Positions 62,711 through 64,000 of a DNA stretch of 64,000 nt are shown here, in pieces (position 1 is the stretch's first letter; every line of letters begins with the position of its first letter). The stretch lies in the NCBI GenBank assembly GCA_964016885.1, contig OZ024755.1, positions 20,522,001 to 20,586,000 on the forward strand, read 5' to 3'. The position numbers and the translations under genes are program-made. Source of the stretch: Eledone cirrhosa. Lineage: Eukaryota. Below the pieces are notes generated by a model. It saw only the letters and a program-made list of their open reading frames with translations, was not told the origin of the DNA and did no database searches.

Positions 62711-63027
62711 AATATATGAAGCCATTGACATTTGTAATGAGAGGAACAGGATTGTTTTTAAGGTACTGATGTTAAGACATCTTTACATTAAGTTAAGTAT
62801 ATCAGTTTTCTTCTGTAGATGATCTCACCTTAAGAAGACGATTGCTAGGAAACCTGCACAGTTAAGATCATCTAAAATAGAAGAAAATTCTCTCCTGGCT
62901 TCCTCTGGCTTTAACTGATGTCATAAACATGGTTTAGGCAATGGTAACTAGGAGGATAGTGAAGAGGATAGGATACAGTTCTGTCGCACACTGGATTCCC
63001 CCGAAAACCATTCAGAGTGTTTCATTA

Positions 63028-63262
63028 TCAAAAAGCACCCAGTCCACCCTGTAAAGTGGTCATGTTGGTGACACAACAAAAAGTACCCTCTCTATGTTGT
63101 AAATGTGATTGGCATGAGGAAGGGCATCCAGCCATAGAAAGCAAGCCAGAAATGGTTCTGTATAAGCAAGGCATAGTCACCTGATCTGAGTTGACTCAGA
63201 ATGTCAGAACGACTTGTCTAACCCATGCTAGCATGTAAAATGGATGTTAAACCATGATGATT
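63028..63262 (+). mobile_element. SINE family C tail
   Basis: ggaagggcatccagccatagaaa...aacccatgctagcatg. Confidence 0.7.
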
Positions 63263-63759
63263 CAAATTGCTTAAAGAACAAATTTATCGGAGCAAAAATT
63301 TTCTCAAGGGACTCCATACAATCTTAAGATCTCCCAGTGGATCTCTCTAGGTGTTCTTGTCAGAACCTGTTCCTCAGTCTATAAAACTAATGTTGAAGGT
63401 ACATTTCACTCAAGGTTGATGATGTTTCTTAGTGCCAAGTTCTGATCAAGGAATCATCTTGAGCCAAGGAATAGACAGAATAACCATTCCTGAAGCTAAG
63501 ATATAAAATAAGAGCATGGAATGTATGCACAGTCAATAAGGTATCAAAATCAACCAAAATATTGAGAAAAGTGAAAAAGTAGTAACTAGACATTTTTGGG
63601 GTCAATAAGTGTCATTTGGAGTGAATCTAGATACCAAATGACATACACTTGATCATTTGATCCTTTGGGACCTGAGAGCTAAAGTAGGGGATGACAATCC
63701 TAATTATATGGGGAAACCAGAACACAGATATACAAAGTGGTGAACTGCTAAAGTATTCA

Positions 63760-63930
63760 TTTCTAATTTAGGCACAAGGCTTGTAAATTTTGGGGAAAAG
63801 CAAAGTTGATGAAATCAACCCCAGTTATTTACTGATACTTTAGTTTATTGACCCTTGAAGGGTCAATAAACTAAAGTATCAGTTGACCTTAGTGGGATTT
63901 GACCTCTGAATGTAAGGAGCCAGAACAAAT
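63760..63930 (-). mobile_element. SINE family A with internal fold-back (63831-63883)
   Basis: actgatactttagtttattgaccct-tga-agggtcaataaactaaagtatcagt. Confidence 0.75.
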
Positions 63931-64000
63931 ACCATAGTGGACTTTTATAGTATGTGCTGGGTGCTTCTTTGTCATGTTTGCATATATATCATCATCATCA

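Noticed and set aside
62829-62868. Possible short minus-strand exon with good splice sites
   Set aside because: Lies inside an inverted repeat that creates the acceptor-like tract on both strands, and has no recognisable peptide.

Overview
AT-rich, repeat-dominated animal DNA. The SINE, LINE and microsatellite content resembles an octopod cephalopod (inference from repeat style only). About a quarter of the window is giant (TA)n-derived arrays, and nearly all long ORFs in the track are artefacts of these. A 200-N scaffold gap lies at 28770-28969. Host-gene-like sequence is limited to three items: an isolated terminal exon of snurportin-1 (minus, 35509-35766) with an apparently premature TGA, a frameshifted intronless PHPT1/Janus-like copy (44991-~45420), and a decayed tRNA-Ala(AGC). 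The rest is mobile DNA: tRNA-derived SINEs, RTE/RTE-X/Tx1-like LINE fragments, a bipartite RTE-derived element, Helitrons, MITEs and transposase fossils. The most striking pattern is a set of unrelated short elements beside (TA)n tracts. They carry whole or partial type I hammerhead ribozyme motifs (Penelope-like pLTR remnants) and are repeatedly truncated or folded back into palindromes at the ribozyme stems. Also notable are a twin-priming-type 5'-inverted non-L1 LINE with a TSD, a Helitron tail-to-head junction palindrome, and a 61-bp satellite in which every unit carries the U1 5'-end sequence (a perfect 5' splice site on the minus strand). Coordinates were read by eye and repeat boundaries are approximate.
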